From contig CAWDSQ010000007.1 in the NCBI GenBank assembly GCA_963804955.1, positions 352,001-416,000 on the forward strand: a DNA stretch of 64,000 bases. Direction: 5' to 3'. This stretch comes from an uncultured delta proteobacterium. GTDB taxonomy: Bacteria > Desulfobacterota > WTBG01 > CAIYCZ01 > CAIRTM01. The translations under genes were made by a program, and so were the position numbers. Within the stretch, counting starts at the first letter, position 1. The number at the start of each line of letters is the position of its first letter. Shown piece after piece: positions 60,892-64,000 of this stretch. The notes under the pieces were generated by a model. The model ran no database searches. It had not been told where the DNA came from and saw nothing but the letters and a program-made list of their open reading frames with translations.

Positions 60892-63125
60892 TTACTGCTG
60901 AAGTTGATTTTTAGCCGCCCGGAGAACATATTTCGCCAGCAGCGGGCCAACCCCGGGATCATTATTGGGCGGTTTCCACAAGGCCCATGTCCCGGTATAT
61001 TGATTTTGTATCGGCTGATTTACATCAGGGGCTGACACGCTTTGATCATACCCCAGATGCCCCGTATTCGCAGACGTCATAGGCAAGAGAAGGATCCATG
61101 GCGCTGATCTTGGAAGTAAGTGCTGTTTGGCGCGGCGGCGGATACGGGCGCCCGTCGCTGCAGCCGCCCATTTCAAAACAGCACGGCTGTCCGCCGCAAG
61201 TCAGCATTGGCCCAGTTGCCCCAGTAATCAGCAAAGGGATGGCCTATGCCCGGATACGTTCCGGTATCTCCCGCAGCCCAATACAGCCAGTTTTTGAAGC
61301 CGATTTCTTTCGCAATCTGATTGGGTACTTCGACAAGATTCAGAACGGAATCGGTTGCAATCTGCGGAAATGCAACAACGACATGCTTTACGCCCCTGTT
61401 TTTCAAATATTCAAGGGCATCCCAGTACAAGTACCCCCATTCTCCCGAGGGTAATTGCTTAGTGCTCTGGTAGAGCCACGCATCGCCAAGATTCTCTCCG
61501 CGCATCTGCCGGGTTCTCTCAATAAGGCCATTTGCAGGGTTTAATGCTGGACGCCCCATCCAGGCGCCGATAATATTTCCCGGATTTATGCCCGGATGCT
61601 TCGCGAGCAGCTGAGATTTAATGTTCTGATTAACGATGAGCGTGTCATTGGTCTTTGGATCAAAAAATTCTTTATAATCATTAATTGGATGATTTAAAAG
61701 GATGACCCCCACATCAGCATCCGGCACATTCTGGTTTAAAACAGCTTCAATGCCCGTTACATGCATTGCGGCGAGCGCCGGATCAATGGCAACGGGATTC
61801 CCGGTGCCGTTGTCATAGGCGACGTTTGCATCTGTTGTCGGAAGGCCCAGCGTAGCGGTCCATCCGGCGGGTGCGGTGGGGAATGACCTTTCCATCAGAT
61901 TCGTGTAGTCATTTACCCAGATAAGAGGAATAGAGGTTGCATGTTCAGCATTCCACTTAGTAAGGGCCCTTTTTGACATCTGGATCACATCGTAGGTCTT
62001 TGAAAAGCGAACCCCGCCGACAACCAGATCAATGGCAATTATTTTCGTCACCCCTTGTTTCAGAAGCCGTTCCACCGGGCCATCAACATTATATCTTTGG
62101 GGATTACAGTCGGGCCAGGGCCCGCCGGGTTCCAGCTCGCCGCAATAGGTGCAGTTGTCTCCTGTGCCGGAGGGCGGCAGGTACATATACCGGGGATAGG
62201 GGTAGTGCTCGGTATCATCACCGATCATCCAGGCGGCCCAGTCATACACAAATGAAAGACCATATTCCTGGTTGAGCACTTGTTGCATGGCGTTCATTTG
62301 CTGCCTGGTGATTTCCATAAACGGGTCGGTGCCGCCAATCCGCTGATACTCGAATGCATATTTCAACATATACTGTACTGAGGTTTCCACCGTCAGAACA
62401 GCTCCCCACAATGAAGCATTATGTAAAAATAATTTATTAACCGGGTGATTCGGATCATAGGAAAATTGCTGCATGGAGGCATCCCAGACACCTTGCTGTG
62501 ACATCTCATCAAACCCGCCATGGACAACAAATAAAACACCCACCTTTTCATTACAAGCCCAATCACAGGCAGGCTGTCCGCTGCCGCCACAACCGGGCGC
62601 CGGGTCACACACATCGCCTATGCCATCACCATCGGCATCAAGCTGAGCGTAATTACAGGTGGCCGGACAATTGTCAACGTTATCAGCATAATAATCATTG
62701 TCTGTATCAACCTGCCCTTCACAGCTTGTCTGGCCGCACCCGCCGCCGCAACCGGGCGTGCTGTCGCACGCATCACCTATGCCGTCACTATCGGCATCAC
62801 GCTGAAGGGGATTGGCAATGGCCGGACAGTTATCATAATAATCAGAAATTCCGTCGGTATCTATATCAAAAGACTCGCAGACAGGCTGGCCGCAGCCGCT
62901 GACGAGGCCACAGCCGGGGGTTAGATCGCACACATCACCTGTGCCGTCCAAATCAGCATCCAGCTGAAGGGGATTGGCAATGGCCGGGCAGTTATCGATG
63001 GCATCATCAATGCCGTCACCATCACTATCGGCAGCCCATGAAACCCCCTGCCCGATAAAAATAAATAAAAATGAAGCTGCTACGGCCAGGGACTTGAGTG
63101 TTTTTCTTAGCCCGGTTTCTCTCAT
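60892..63125 (-). CDS. secreted protein: thrombospondin type-3 Ca-binding repeats plus class II chelatase-like domain; frameshifts near 61200 and 61070
   Basis: Signal peptide; D.DGDG..D..DNCP...N..Q.DAD.DG.GD.CD repeats; [29 protein letters not shown] and [24 protein letters not shown]. Confidence 0.65.
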
Positions 63126-63190
63126 AACTGGTTTCCTCCTTTTGAAAATTTATTGTTTTCGCCAAGGGGCGTTGAGCTTGAATTAAGGCC

Positions 63191-64000
63191 TTACTGCTGC
63201 AGTTTATTCTGCGCAGCCAGCAGCACATATTTAGCCAGCAGCTTGCCAACCCGGCGATTATCATTGGGCGGCGCCCACATGGCCCAGGTCCCGGTGTACT
63301 GATTTTGCACGGGCTGATTCACATCGGGAGCGGAAACGCTTTGATCATAGCCCAGGTGCCCGTACTCGCACACGTCATAGGCAAGAGAAGGATCCATGTC
63401 ACCGCGCTTGGAGCCAAGTGGCGTTTGGCGAACCGGCGGATACGGGCGTCCGTCGCTGCACCCGCCCATTTCAAAGCAGCATGCCTGTCCGCCGCAATCC
63501 GTATCGACCCAGTTGCCCCAGTACTCAGCAAAGGGATGGCCTATGCCCGGATACGCTTTGTCATCACCGGCAGCCCAATACAGCCAGTTTTTGGCGCCGA
63601 TTTCTTTGGCAATCTGATTGTGTACTTCGACAAGGTTTAAAACGGAATCGGTTATAATCTGCGGGAAGGCAACAACGATATGCTTTACCCCCCTGTTTTT
63701 CAAATATTCAAGGGCATCCCAGTATACGTACCCCCATTCTCCCGAGGGCTTTTGCTTATTGCTCTGATAGAGCCATGCATAGCCGAGGTCCTCTCCGCGC
63801 ATTGCCCGCGTTCTCTCCACCAGGCCGTTTTCGGAATTTGTTTCTTTGACCCCCATGAAAGCGCCGATAATATTTCCCGGATCCAGGTCAGGGTGCTGCT
63901 GAATCAATCGGGATTTAATGTTCTGGTTGAGAATAATTGTATCGTCAATCTTGGGATCAAAAAACTCATTATAATCATTGATCGCATGATTAAGAAGCAG
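63191..64000 (-). CDS. tandem paralog of the chelatase-like protein (5' part outside the window)
   Basis: Near-identical C-terminal region ([56 protein letters not shown]). Confidence 0.75.
   Translation of the reverse strand: MLLNHAINDYNEFFDPKIDDTIILNQNIKSRLIQQHPDLDPGNIIGAFMGVKETNSENGLVERTRAMRGEDLGYAWLYQSNKQKPSGEWGYVYWDALEYLKNRGVKHIVVAFPQIITDSVLNLVEVHNQIAKEIGAKNWLYWAAGDDKAYPGIGHPFAEYWGNWVDTDCGGQACCFEMGGCSDGRPYPPVRQTPLGSKRGDMDPSLAYDVCEYGHLGYDQSVSAPDVNQPVQNQYTGTWAMWAPPNDNRRVGKLLAKYVLLAAQNKLQQ

Noticed and set aside
1..64000. CRISPR array, rRNA or intact tRNA
   Set aside because: I saw no regularly spaced repeat-spacer series and no complete cloverleaf or rRNA signature.

Overview
The window looks like bacterial chromosome from an anaerobe, probably a deltaproteobacterium (Desulfobacterota-like; inferred from gene content). 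Many single-base frameshifts, including in folP and tilS, are probably sequencing or assembly indels. (1) 0.2-9 kb: a TMTC-like TPR glycosyltransferase, a lipoprotein, an HExxH protein, and a mosaic defence patch (Zn-ribbon adenine MTase, PD-(D/E)xK nuclease, RelE-like TA pair, second MTase) bracketed by hairpin direct repeats. (2) 9-23.7 kb: GC-rich housekeeping genes (thioesterase, flavodoxin, MFS, esterase, pdxJ, folP, ftsH, tilS, cupin, cobD, rmlA, rmlC) with several MITE/REP-like elements, ending at a truncated tRNA-Leu. (3) 24-64 kb: an accessory region of about 40 kb whose promoters share a 17-bp palindrome, with two PadR regulators as candidate controllers. It encodes three ferredoxin-dependent bilin reductase/RCC-reductase-like proteins, a chlorophyll b reductase (NOL)-like SDR, three class II chelatase-like proteins (the two whose 5' ends are visible are exported), an exported alpha/beta hydrolase, two geranylgeranyl-reductase-family flavoproteins, split-barrel and V4R-like proteins, a catalytic-subunit-less NuoEFG/HydCBA-type module with a degenerate PorB/PorD, an ETF/FAD/CCG oxidation module, and a DUF1302/DUF1329/MMPL/YCF48 uptake system. 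My main hypothesis is that this is an undescribed anaerobic chlorophyll/tetrapyrrole (chlorin-phyllobilin-bilin) uptake and catabolism or respiration system. All family calls come from motif recognition by eye; no database searches were run.
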